A DNA stretch of 64,000 nucleotides, taken from Octopus sinensis (taxonomy: Eukaryota). The notes beneath the pieces are model-generated. The model was not told the origin of the DNA. It did not search any database and saw only the letters and a list, made by a program, of their open reading frames with translations. Below, one piece after another: positions 53,641-64,000 of this stretch. A program made the translations under genes and the position numbers. Where the stretch lies: the NCBI RefSeq assembly GCF_006345805.1, contig NC_043001.1, forward strand, positions 3,658,001 to 3,722,000. Reading direction: 5' to 3'. Position 1 is the stretch's first letter, and each line of letters begins with the position of its first letter.

Positions 53641-54909
53641 TATTCTTTACTCATTCATTTCAGATTTAGTTTTTCCTTCTTCACTTCAGGTCTCTCTCTC
53701 TCTTTCTCTCTCTCACTTTCTCTTAACAGTTACTAATAAAAGAAAAGAAAGGAAAAGAAACAAAACACAACAAAAAGCGTTAAAAGAGTGACCGCTACCT
53801 AGCAAGTGGTTAATTATGAGAGTGACGAGCAAGTGGCTAATTATGCATAAAAATGTTGAGACACGGATCCAATAAATGCATAGCAAACGAAAGTTTCCGA
53901 AACAATAAAAATATTTTGGTTGGAGACAAATTCTCAATTTTCAGTGTGAAATTAACTCTCTTCTGATGTATTTCTATTAATTATTTCTCAACTTAATTAG
54001 CTATTTTGCAAAATTCCCTCTTTGAGCTGATAATTTCTCTGTTTTTTCATTGTTACATTATCACACTTCCTTTCCTTCTTTCTTTTCACTATTTTCATTC
54101 TAAGTGAAATGCGAAACCAGTTTGTTTTTAACATTTTTCTGCTTTTTTCTTCTTTCTTATTTTTTTTCTATGTTTCTATGTTTATTTTATGTTGTTTTTG
54201 TAATATTTTAATTGCTATTTTAGTCGTGTGTCGCAATCTTCCTTTAATATTTTTATTTTTTTCAATGAAATTCCAAACTGTTTCCTTCCTTTTCTCTTTT
54301 CAGTTTGTTGTTCTTTTCAGTTGTTTGTTTTGTGTATATGTATGTTTATATGTGTGTATACCTCTACATGTGTAGTGTATATACGTGTGTGTGTGTGTGT
54401 GTGTGTGTGCGTGTGCATTACGTGGCTGTATGTGCATCGAGTGTGTTTTTTTTCTCTATGTTTTGATGTGAAGATTTCCTGTTGAGAATCACTTAAAACA
54501 TAACATGGACACTTTAAAACAGCAAAACGACGATGTGTGAGCGTTGTTGTCGTTGTTGTCGTTCTTGTTGTTGTTGTTTATAATGCCTTTGTTGTAATGT
54601 GGCTCTTGATGTTTTTGATGTTGTTCTTTTTGTATCATCAGTGATAAAACTAGGTCATTGATGACATTGACAATGTTGTTGGCGATGGTGGTGGCGGTGA
54701 TGGCAGGGACGGCGTCGGCGGCGGTGGTGGTGTTTTATTTAGAAAGAACAAAATCAATAAAGGTAATGAAGGAGAAGGAGGAGAAGGAGGAGGAGGAGGA
54801 GGAGGAGAGGTTGAGTAAGAGAAGAGCGATGAAGGGTAGGAGGAAGAAAAAGAAAAAAGGGAAGGAGGAGAGTTACTGGTGCTGAGATTTTGTTTCCCCT
54901 CAATATCTT

Positions 54910-55225
54910 TGTTGCTATTGTTGTTGTTTTGTTACTGTTGTTGTCGTTGTTGTTGTTGTTGTCGTTGTCATTTGTTGTTGTTGTTCTTCTTCTTCCTCTT
55001 CTTCTTTCTCTTTTTGTTATTATTACTATTATTACTACTACTACTACTACTACTACTATTATTATTATTATTACTACTATTACTACTTCTACTACTACTG
55101 CTACTACCACTACTACTACTACTACAACTACTACTACTACTACTACTACTACTATTATTATTATTATTATTATTATTATATTATTATTATTATTAGTAGT
55201 AGTAGTAGTAGTAGTAGTAGTATGA
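54910..55225. repeat. (GTT)/(TTC)/(TTA)/(CTA)/(TAG) compound tract
   Basis: Visible directly in the sequence. Confidence 0.9.
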
Positions 55226-55879
55226 TAATGAATCATTATAAACACCAATTTGCCACAGATGTGATCATGAGGACAACTGACAAGACACGGAACATATTTA
55301 TCATTTAACAGTAAATACATTAAAAGAAAAAAAGACAAAAATCATTCCAGGAAACCAAATAGCCGGAATGGTCAGCCATTGTTTGGTGTGTGTGTGAAAA
55401 GGATTCACAAATGCAATGGTGAAACGGCCAGAGGGACAAAGTGCTTCACAACGTCGTTCCAGTAACCTTTATCCTCCATTAATAACAGATTCCATTAAGG
55501 ATGTTGAATGGTGTTTGAACACCAAACACGAGAGAATGAATCGGGAAACATCTCTAATCTGAGATTATCCTTGTAATTATTACTGAGAGAGTTAAAGTAA
55601 CATAGTGTGACTTTTTGTTCAGACATTGGTGTATCTAATGTGTCGTCTGTTTTAGGACGGTTAGAGGGACAAGACAACATTCTTAGATTTATTTCTTCAA
55701 TCTTTTTTATATTCCTAGTTCAAATCCTATACAGGTTGACTTTTCCTTTCATTCGTTTGATTGGGGAGGGATGAAATGAAGAGTCAATCGAGTACGGGTA
55801 TCAATGTGATTGACTTATGCTTTTCCTTGAAATTGCTGCTCATGTGCAGCTTCGAAATTTGGACCTCGCAGAGTCAATG

Positions 55880-56357
55880 ACCAGTGACTGAGACCTTTGG
55901 CGATATACTGTGCTTGAGAAAACCCATCAAGCCAAGTGAACTCGTAGTCGTGGTTGATGTTGGTGTCACGTAACTAGCACGTAAAACGTACCTTTCAAGC
56001 ATTGGGCCACACGTAGGCAATGTGGCTGAGTTCCTTTCGAATGTTGGGCTTCTTGGAGGCAATGGCCAAGACCTTTGCCATGATGTCATGCTTGAGAAGA
56101 AAACCCATCAAGCCGAGTAATATTGCAGTCGTGGCAGACACTGGTGTCACACAAATGGCACATGTGCTGGTGACATGTAAAAGCACCCATTCCACTCTGA
56201 GAGTGGCTGGCATTACAAAGGGCATCCAGCCATAGAAACCATACCAAACCAAACTGGAGTCTGCTGCAGCCTTCCAGAGTTGCCAGCCTTGGTCAAACGG
56301 TCCAACCCATGCCAGTATGGGCAACATATATTAAATGATGATGATGATGATGATGAT
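55880..56357 (+). mobile_element. RTE-tailed repeat with internal ~180-bp duplication and (GAT)n tail
   Basis: aaacccatcaagcc..gtcgtgg..tggtgtcac occurs at ~55920 and ~56101. The 3' end is aagggcatccagccatagaaacc..ccaacccatgccagtatgg..aaatgatgat. Confidence 0.75.
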
Positions 56358-56577
56358 GCCGTGAGCTGGCAGAATTGTTAGCACGACAAGCACAAAATGG
56401 TAAGCGACAATTCATTTGGCTCTTTATTTTCTGAGTTCAAATGCAACAATGATTTTAATCCTTTCAGCATTCTAAAAGAGGCACCAGTCAAGCACTAAAC
56501 TTGCTATAATTGAGTTACCACCCATCTCTTACTATTTTTGGCCTCGCGGCAAAATTTAAATAATAATTATTATTGAT

Positions 56578-56661
56578 AGGCGCAAGAATGATTACGTGGT
56601 AAGTAGCTTGCTTACCAACTACATGGTTCCAGGTTCAGTCTCACTGTGCGGCACTTGAGGC

Positions 56662-56702
<41 letters not shown>

Positions 56703-56842
56703 TATATTTGTGTGTCTGATGTTGTGTGTTTACGTTCCCGTAACTTAGTGGTTCGATAAAAGTGACCGATAGAATAAGTACCACTCTTATAAAGAATAAG
56801 TCTTGGGGGCAATTTGTTCGTCCTCCAGCATGGCCACAGTCA
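56578..56842 (+). mobile_element. SINE family A with internal deletion and (TA)n
   Basis: aggcgcaagaatg..tggtaagtagcttgcttaccaac..ggttcagtc..gaccgatagaataagtac..ccagcatggccacagtc. Confidence 0.8.
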
Positions 56843-56854
56843 AAGAATATTGCC

Positions 56855-57056
56855 AGGGCAGAATCTTCAGCCCATCAGGCAAAAATGATTAACAGCTTTC
56901 TTTACTTTGTGAGTTCAAATTCTGCCGAGGTCACCTTTGCCTTTCATCCTTTAGGGGTCAATAAAATGGGTATTAGTTGAGCACTAGGATCAATGTAATC
57001 GACTATCCCCCCTCCCATGAACTTACTGGCCTTGTGCTAAAATTTGAAACCAATAT
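56855..57056 (+). mobile_element. SINE family B (tail type i)
   Basis: gagttcaaattctgccgaggtcacctttgcctttcatcctttaggggtcaataaa..ggccttgtgctaaaatttgaaacc. Confidence 0.75.
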
Positions 57057-59140
57057 GATCAGGGCAGTAGATGGGCAAAGCTATTAGGGTGGACTAGATA
57101 TGTTTTACAGTATTTGCTCTGGTGCTTTGGTTCAGAGTTCAAATCATACTGAGGCCAGTGTGACTACAATAGGGGCAGTGGTAGTGGCAGTGAAAGAGGT
57201 GATGGTAGGATGAAGATGGTATAGTGATGGCGGTGGGGTTTTTGTAGTTGTATGGGCGATAGACATGATGATGATGATGATGTTGATGATGCTGCTGGTG
57301 GCAGAGATGAAGTTCGTATGATGGAAAGTGGTAATGGTGTCCATGGTGACAGGGACTAAGGAATACTAACAGAGTTGGTAGCGATGTCGGTGGTGGTGGT
57401 GTTGATGGTAAAAGAAATACAACTTCGATGTATGTGAAGTTTGTTTTTGTTTGTATTTGCTGTTGTACTTTATTACTAAAATACATTGACACATAATTCT
57501 GTTTGATGCACACACTGGTCATAAAATGTCAACCTATTTCAACCATCAAGTAAATGGCTATTAAGCTGAGCATTCCAGTCAGTCAGTTGGTTTTAGAAAT
57601 GATTGATAGGTACTATATTTATAAAGGCAGTGGACTGGGCAGATTCGGTAGAGCAGTAGGCAAAATGCCAGGTGCTATTTAGTCACGCCACTTCATGTTC
57701 TGCTTTTGAATGCTGCCAATGTCAGTTTTGCTTTTGAGTTTCCGAAGATCGATAGAATAAAATACCAGGGAAGAATTGCAGTCTGTTTGATCAAAACCAG
57801 TTGCCTCTTCTACAGATTTCTGGTCTTGTACCTAAATTAGGAATAATAATTATTATTTGTGATACTTAGGAAGTGGATTATTTGGAGCCTATCACGCCCT
57901 CTGGTGGTTATTCTGGATCTTTACATTCGGTCTTTGAATTATGCTAAACAATAAATCGAAGATATTCAATTGTTTGAAATTGCATGTTTATTATTCTTGA
58001 TACTGAGGAACCAATTGCTTACTACCGCCCTAAAAACCTACTAGATAAGCCCAATTGCCCTTCAAATACGGCTTGGTTGGAAGGTAGGTCTAGAGAGGGC
58101 ATGGGCCAAACTATGCGCCCTTCCCCTCCGTTGGTCAGTTGAAACATAGATTGCGTTATATGACAGTTTGCTGTTGAGGTTGCGAACCATGAAACATAAT
58201 TAGAATTCCTGGGATCTGATGGCAAATAGACACTTAATAACAATACCTATTTCACTCTTAGTGGGGGTTAATCATTAAAAAGGAAGTTGTGCTTATGGCT
58301 CCTGAGGGTTCTCAGCATGTGGGACAAAGAATAAAGAAAATAGCTGCGGTCACTTCGTTTGCATAAACACCTGAGTGGAGTGATAAACGGCTGACATAAG
58401 AAACCAGCTTCAGTTTGTCTCAAATCCATTACTCTTCTGACATTTGATCAGTTGGGTTTGTCTGGTGGACCCGCAAAACTTTAACTCAAACAGAACGCAA
58501 TCGAAGTCTAGGTGTGTGTGTGTGTGTGTGTCTGTGTGTGTGTGTGTGTGTGGATTGACTTCCAATCAACCAATCCCAGGATCGACTCCTGGTGCGCACA
58601 TTTGTTTTTTTATATAGATGCATTTAAGTTTGTGGAATGAAAGGTTTGAATCACAGCCGCATGGTCCTGGATTCAGTCCTACTGCATGGTATCTAGGCCA
58701 AGTGTCTTTGGTTACAGTATTCCACTACAGCCTTCAAATAACCAAAGACCTGTGAGTGCATTTCGTAGATGGAAACTGGAAGAAGCCTATCATGTATGAT
58801 ATTGAGTATGTGTGTGTGTTTGTGGCTGCTTTACAACTATTGTTGGTTTATTTATTTCCCCATAGCTTAGTGCTTTAACAGAAAAATGATTGATAGATCA
58901 AGTACCGACCGAGTACAGATGTCTATCTTTGGCTAGGAATTTCTCTTGCAGAAGTCTTACCAGGAATATAGTATCAGTCGTGCTTCTATCTGCTAGAAAC
59001 CCAAACTGCATCTCATTTATACTAGCTCTCTCCCTCTCTCTTTCTCTCTCTCTCTATCTCTCTCTCTCTCTATATATATATATATTCATGGAGATACACA
59101 TCCATACAAACAACCTCAGTTCTTACTTGCAAAATCCCAT

Positions 59141-59182
<42 letters not shown>

Positions 59183-59846
59183 AGACATGCACACACAAGG
59201 AGACAGAGATACACACACATATATGCAAACACGCATACATAAAAAAATGCAAACACAAACACACAAACACGTGAATATGCAGAATACATACGTACACACA
59301 TACACACACAAACACATATATATATATATACACATACATGCATACACACATGCATACATACAAGAGCATGCACACACAAACTGACGCACACACATGCGCA
59401 CAGACAAAAAACAAGAATGCAGTGTGAATAACTGACAACAACTATTGAAAAGGTTGCAAGATGCAACGAAAATTTTAGAAAAAATAATGGAAATAAGTGG
59501 AAATTTTACCAGTGAGTGTTTTAAATTATAAGGCATTAAAAGAATGGCTTTCCCCAAATACATCAGAATGTATGTATGTATATGTATATATATATATATA
59601 AAAATTAGAAAAAAGCCTTTTATCAATTCAATAATGAAAAATTAAATTATACCATTTACAAAAATCACGTATTTTAGAAAGATTAAATATAAGATAAAAC
59701 ATATAACGATGATTAAGTAATGTGCAAAATAATAAATATAACGTATATATTTGGTAGAATAACGCCACGTGTTTAGTGGCTATATTATATATACATATAT
59801 ATAAATATTATCATTATTATTATTATAATAATTATTATTATTATTA

Positions 59847-59892
<46 letters not shown>

Positions 59893-59900
59893 CATTGTTA

Positions 59901-59934
<34 letters not shown>

Positions 59935-59937
<3 letters not shown>

Positions 59938-60296
59938 TAGTTTAAGTGTTATAGTGTGCTTTCTCTTCACTACCGAGCGCAGCTCTGTGTGCCTTACGTA
60001 TGTGCTGCGATTTGTTGTGATGCTCTGATGGTTATTGTATGGAAAGTGTTCTGCGTAGGATGTGTGCAGTGCCTAGTACTGCAATTTTCTGTATGTTATA
60101 TGTGTTTGTAAGTCCTGGTGTTTTTGTTATGTATTTGTTTGAATATTTTTTATCATGCCTAATGCACCTGCTATGATAGGAATTGTTTCTGTTTTTAGAT
60201 TCCACATTCTAGTTACCTCTATTTCCAGGTCTTTGTATTTTGAGAGTTTCTCCATTTCTTTTAGAGACACGTTGTCATCTGTCGGTATTGATACAT
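59935..60296 (-). mobile_element. R4/Dong-like LINE 3' end, same subfamily as 35987-36326
   Basis: Near-identical reverse complement of the 36-kb copy (cagatgacaacgtgtctctaaaagaaatggag...gcgctcggtagtgaag). It abuts (TTA)n at 59810-59934. Confidence 0.85.
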
Positions 60297-60744
60297 TCTT
60301 GTTTAAAGTATGTGTGGGTAGGTAAATTCATAGTTTTTGAGTTTAGCAGACGTTGTAAGAATTCCGAACAATCTAAGTTTGGAATAGAATAGTACCATGC
60401 ACAAATCTACTGCTGTTATGTTTTAGCCCTAGGTCAATCCAGTTAAGCCAATCTGTGATCAAAAGAACCCAAACGTAACCCATCTCACTTTTATTCGCAA
60501 TAGAGAGAACAACATTATTGAATATGCTCTTCCTTTATTTATAATAGCTGGGTATGATTTGAGGGTGACATCGTTGTTGTTTCTAGCAGATAGAATGACC
60601 ACATAATGGATTCTTTGTTGGTTCGTAAAAGTGCATTTTACTGCTTTGAGTGGAAGAATCATTTCACAGTTGACAAATCTGGTCTCCTAAAGCAATAAAA
60701 TACAGATTCTTGCTACATTAATACTTCTTCTTCTGCTGTTGTCG

Positions 60745-60794
<50 letters not shown>

Positions 60795-61124
60795 GCTGCT
60801 GCTGCTGCTGCTGCTCCTGTTGTTGTTATTGATGCAGCTAGTTGTGGAGGTGGAGTAATTAATTCCTTGTGGAAATATGTTTTGTTTTGTTCTTTAAAGA
60901 ATTGATGCAAGAAGAAAGGAAAGGAGAACGGAACAAAGAAGGCCATGGCAACAACAACAATAGCAGCAACAACAACAATAGCAACAACAACAACAACAAC
61001 AACAACAGCAACAACAACCACTTTATCAATAATATTTTAGAGGAGAGACAGACTGAATGATTCCCTTTGTTAAGAATGAAAGCATTCCAACATCAAGCAC
61101 TGGATGATTGCCACCACACAGCAG

Positions 61125-61335
61125 AGAGGTAAGCTGGCGGAAGCGTTAGCACACCGGACAAAATGCTTAGCAATAATTTGTCTGCTGCTATGTTTCAAGT
61201 TCAAATACTACTGAGGTCGACTTTGCTTTTATCCTTTCGCGGTCGATGAATTAAGTACCAGTTGCGTACTGGGGTCGATGTGATCGACTACGCCCGTCCC
61301 TCAAATTTCAAGCCTTGTGCCCATCTTAGAAAGGA
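61125..61335 (+). mobile_element. SINE family B (tail type i)
   Basis: aggtaagctggcggaagcgttagcac..gaggtcgactttgc..ttaagtaccagttgcgtactggggtcgat..gccttgtgccc. Confidence 0.8.
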
Positions 61336-61469
61336 TTATTATTATTATTAGCAGCAGCACTTGTAGTTGTAGTATCAGTAGTGATAACAATATTAGTAGT
61401 AGTTGTAGTAGTAGTAGCAATAGTAATAGGAGTAGTAGTAAGTGTAGTTGTAGGAGTAGTTGTAGTTGC

Positions 61470-61514
<45 letters not shown>

Positions 61515-61769
61515 TGGTAGTAGTTGTTGAAATCAACATACAATGTGAAGGACGTATGTGTGTTTGTGTGTGTGTGTATGTGTGTGCATGTGTATGTGCT
61601 TTTGTGTGTTTGTGTGCGTTTGTTCCCCCGCCATCGCTTGCCAACCAGTGTTTTAGTTTGTTTCAATCATTAAGACCGTGGCCATGCTGGGGCACCGCCT
61701 TGACGAACTTTGTTTTGAATTAACTATTCCAGTTTTCTCTTCTGAAGCCTGTTATTTATTGTAATTGTC

Positions 61770-62033
61770 TCTTTTATACCAAAGTGCTAAATTATAGGGA
61801 CATAAACACACCAACACTGAACGTCCCCTTCTCAGTGTTGGGGACGAACAGACGCAAACAAACACACGCATATATGACAGAGGTATTTCCTTTCTCTGTC
61901 TACGAAATCTTATTATAAGTCTTTGGTTCTCCCAATACTTTAATGGAAGACACTTGCTCAAGGTGTCACGCAGTGGCACTGAAACTCTAACCATATGTGA
62001 TTTGGAAGCAAGCTTCTTACCACACAGCCACAC
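61770..62033 (-). mobile_element. SINE family A, diverged
   Basis: gaagacacttgctcaaggtgtcacgcagtggcactgaa..cttcttaccacacagcc is the reverse complement of the family-A head. Confidence 0.7.
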
Positions 62034-62269
62034 ATGTTTAGATGACTACAAGATATTTGTTCTAACTCTCTAATAATCTGAGTTCTAATCTTGCTCTTGT
62101 CAACTCTTTAGGGCTGTTAAAAGGATGCCAAATCAGGATGGAAGATTGCTAGAATTACTAGAGTGTCTGGCAGGGTGTGTTCCTGCTTTTTTTTTATTAT
62201 TCCGAGAGCAAGACCAGCAATAAGACTGGTGCCAAGCTGTGTCTTATTTCATTCACTCATCTGACTGAC

Positions 62270-62443
62270 TGCAGCCATGCTGGAGCACCATCTTTAGTCG
62301 AACAAATTTACCCCAGGACTCATTCTTTGTAAGCCTAGTACTTATTCTATTCGACACTCTTGTTGAGCCGCTAAGTTACAGGGATGTAAACACATTGGCA
62401 TCGGTTGTCGAGCGATGGTCGGGGGACAAACAGACACACAGAC
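62270..62443 (-). mobile_element. SINE family A 3' half
   Basis: gccatgctggagcacc..tttagtcgaacaaat..ccgctaagttacagggatgtaaacac matches 4045-4200. Confidence 0.8.
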
Positions 62444-62836
62444 ATCATGAATTAATTTGATGATGACGAATGGGGTGACTTGCATGCCTGGACAAATTGC
62501 AGATCTTCTGGCAAATAAGTTTTATCCAGTCCAATATGATCTTCACTGACCAGTAGTGACCTTAAAACACTACAAGTGTACAGTCATCTCTGATGTACAC
62601 ATTCGTTGATGTCTTTAATAATAGTTTCAGATACTGGAAGAAAGCCAGAATGTTCTGGGAAGGGTGGGTTGGTTACAAAAATACCGGTGCTCAACAGGCA
62701 CCCATTTTATTAACTCCAAAAGGATGGAAGGCAAAGATGATCCTTGTGAAATTTGAACTCAGAATGTAGACACAGACAAAATGCCGCTAAGTATTTTTCC
62801 CGGCTTGCTAATAATTCTGTCAGCTCACCATCTTTG

Positions 62837-62869
<33 letters not shown>

Positions 62870-62877
<8 letters not shown>

Positions 62878-63335
62878 TATCATCGTATATATATTTATGT
62901 ATCATCATCATCATCATCATCATCATCGTCGTCGTTTGACGTCTGCTGTCCATGCTGGCATGGGTTGGACGGTTTGATGAATGATGGTGAGCCAGAGGCT
63001 GCACCATGCTCCAATCTGATCTGGCAAAGTTTCTACAGCTGGATGCACTTCCTAACGCCAACCACTCTGAGATTGTAGTGGGAGTTTTTACGGGCACGAG
63101 GGCTAGTCAGGTGGTTCTGGCAACGACCACGCTCAAAAGGTGTTTTTTACGTGCTTCCCGCACGAGAGCCAATCCGGCGGCACTGCCAATGAGCACACAC
63201 GAATGTTGTTTTTCACGTGCCACCAGCACATGTGCCGGTAACGCAGGAATTGATCATGCTCGAATGGTGCTTTTCAGGTGCCACTGGTACGGGAACCAAT
63301 CTGTGGCCCAGGCAACGGTCACGCTCGAATGTGAT
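62870..63335 (-). mobile_element. RTE-tailed repeat with four ~60-66-bp internal tandem units
   Basis: Preceded on + by (CAT)n. It contains gtttctacagctggatgcacttcctaacgccaacc, then repeated ttt(t/c)acgtgcc..gcacg..cacgctcgaa(t)gg units. Confidence 0.75.
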
Positions 63336-63683
63336 TTGATGTATTTAATAATGAGCAGCTTCACATAACCATCATATGAGCTGGTGAAAGAACACACAAA
63401 GGGCTGCTTTACATCCTAGAAATAGAAACCAGCCTTCTCTTAAATCATAGCCAACAAGCTGTAAATTGAATGAATAACACATGAGACAATGTAGTCCAAC
63501 ATACACTGTGTCTGAAAAGACAAGATGGTCATATTTTGAATGATTGTAACTCTTTAATCCACTCAATCAGGGTTGACCTGGTCTAAAGAATAACAACAAT
63601 GACCTACATTCTACTTCGATGACAGAAATATTATAAATGTATAAAGAGTCTTTTCAATGGTTACATCAAAAATGAGAAATCGG

Positions 63684-63888
63684 AATATTTTCAATCAGAA
63701 TTGAGCCGTTCGGTAAAAACGAAGAAGTTGTGTTATGTAAATGAGTTCATTATAGAAAACAGAAACTTGTGACAAACAGTCAATATTTCAATCAGTATCA
63801 AGTTAATGAACACATCACTAAAAACGAAGAAGTTGTATTATGCAAATGAGTTCATTATATGAAACACATATGTCTGACAAGCGTTCAA
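63684..63888. repeat. Two-copy ~105-bp tandem duplication
   Basis: aaaaacgaagaagttgt.ttatg.aaatgagttcattata occurs at 63715 and 63820. Confidence 0.85.
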
Positions 63889-64000
63889 TACATAAATCAA
63901 AATAGCAAACAGCTGAAATTGACAAACTGGATCATCTTTATTCTAACGAGTTAAAGTAGAACAAGACGGGGTCAGACATTCAAAGTGAAAAGTATTTGTT

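Noticed and set aside
62480-62610. EGF-like DINEC motif on the minus strand
   Set aside because: A stop follows four codons later and the cysteine spacing does not continue.
63090-63335. CRISPR-like array
   Set aside because: The units are degenerate throughout with no unique spacers, the context is eukaryotic and no cas genes are present.

Overview
AT-rich, microsatellite-dense eukaryotic DNA. The repeat landscape looks like an octopus (coleoid cephalopod) intergenic or large-intron region; this is inferred from the SINE types and repeat content, not from a marker gene. I found no host protein-coding gene I can support, and nearly all ORFs in the track are translations of simple repeats. 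What can be read is a transposon graveyard: four tRNA-headed SINE families, an RTE-tailed repeat with internal tandem arrays, R4/Dong-like restriction-endonuclease LINE fragments (most beside (TAA)n), Penelope-like pieces (RT thumb, GIY-YIG and pLTRs), a decayed hAT transposase, a Tc1 transposase, Helitron remnants and RTE-like 3' ends carrying two C2H2 fingers. There is a 101-N scaffold gap at 49560-49660. The best lead is a ~400-bp near-perfect fold-back at 13189-13590. Its apex carries a type-I hammerhead-ribozyme fold on the minus strand, with a U3-A8 double change at the C3-G8 core pair. Other leads are a Tc1/LINE zinc-finger chimeric ORF, a tRNA-only mini-SINE with an AAT tail, and several local template-switch hairpins. 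All family assignments come from recognising motifs by eye and were not checked against databases.
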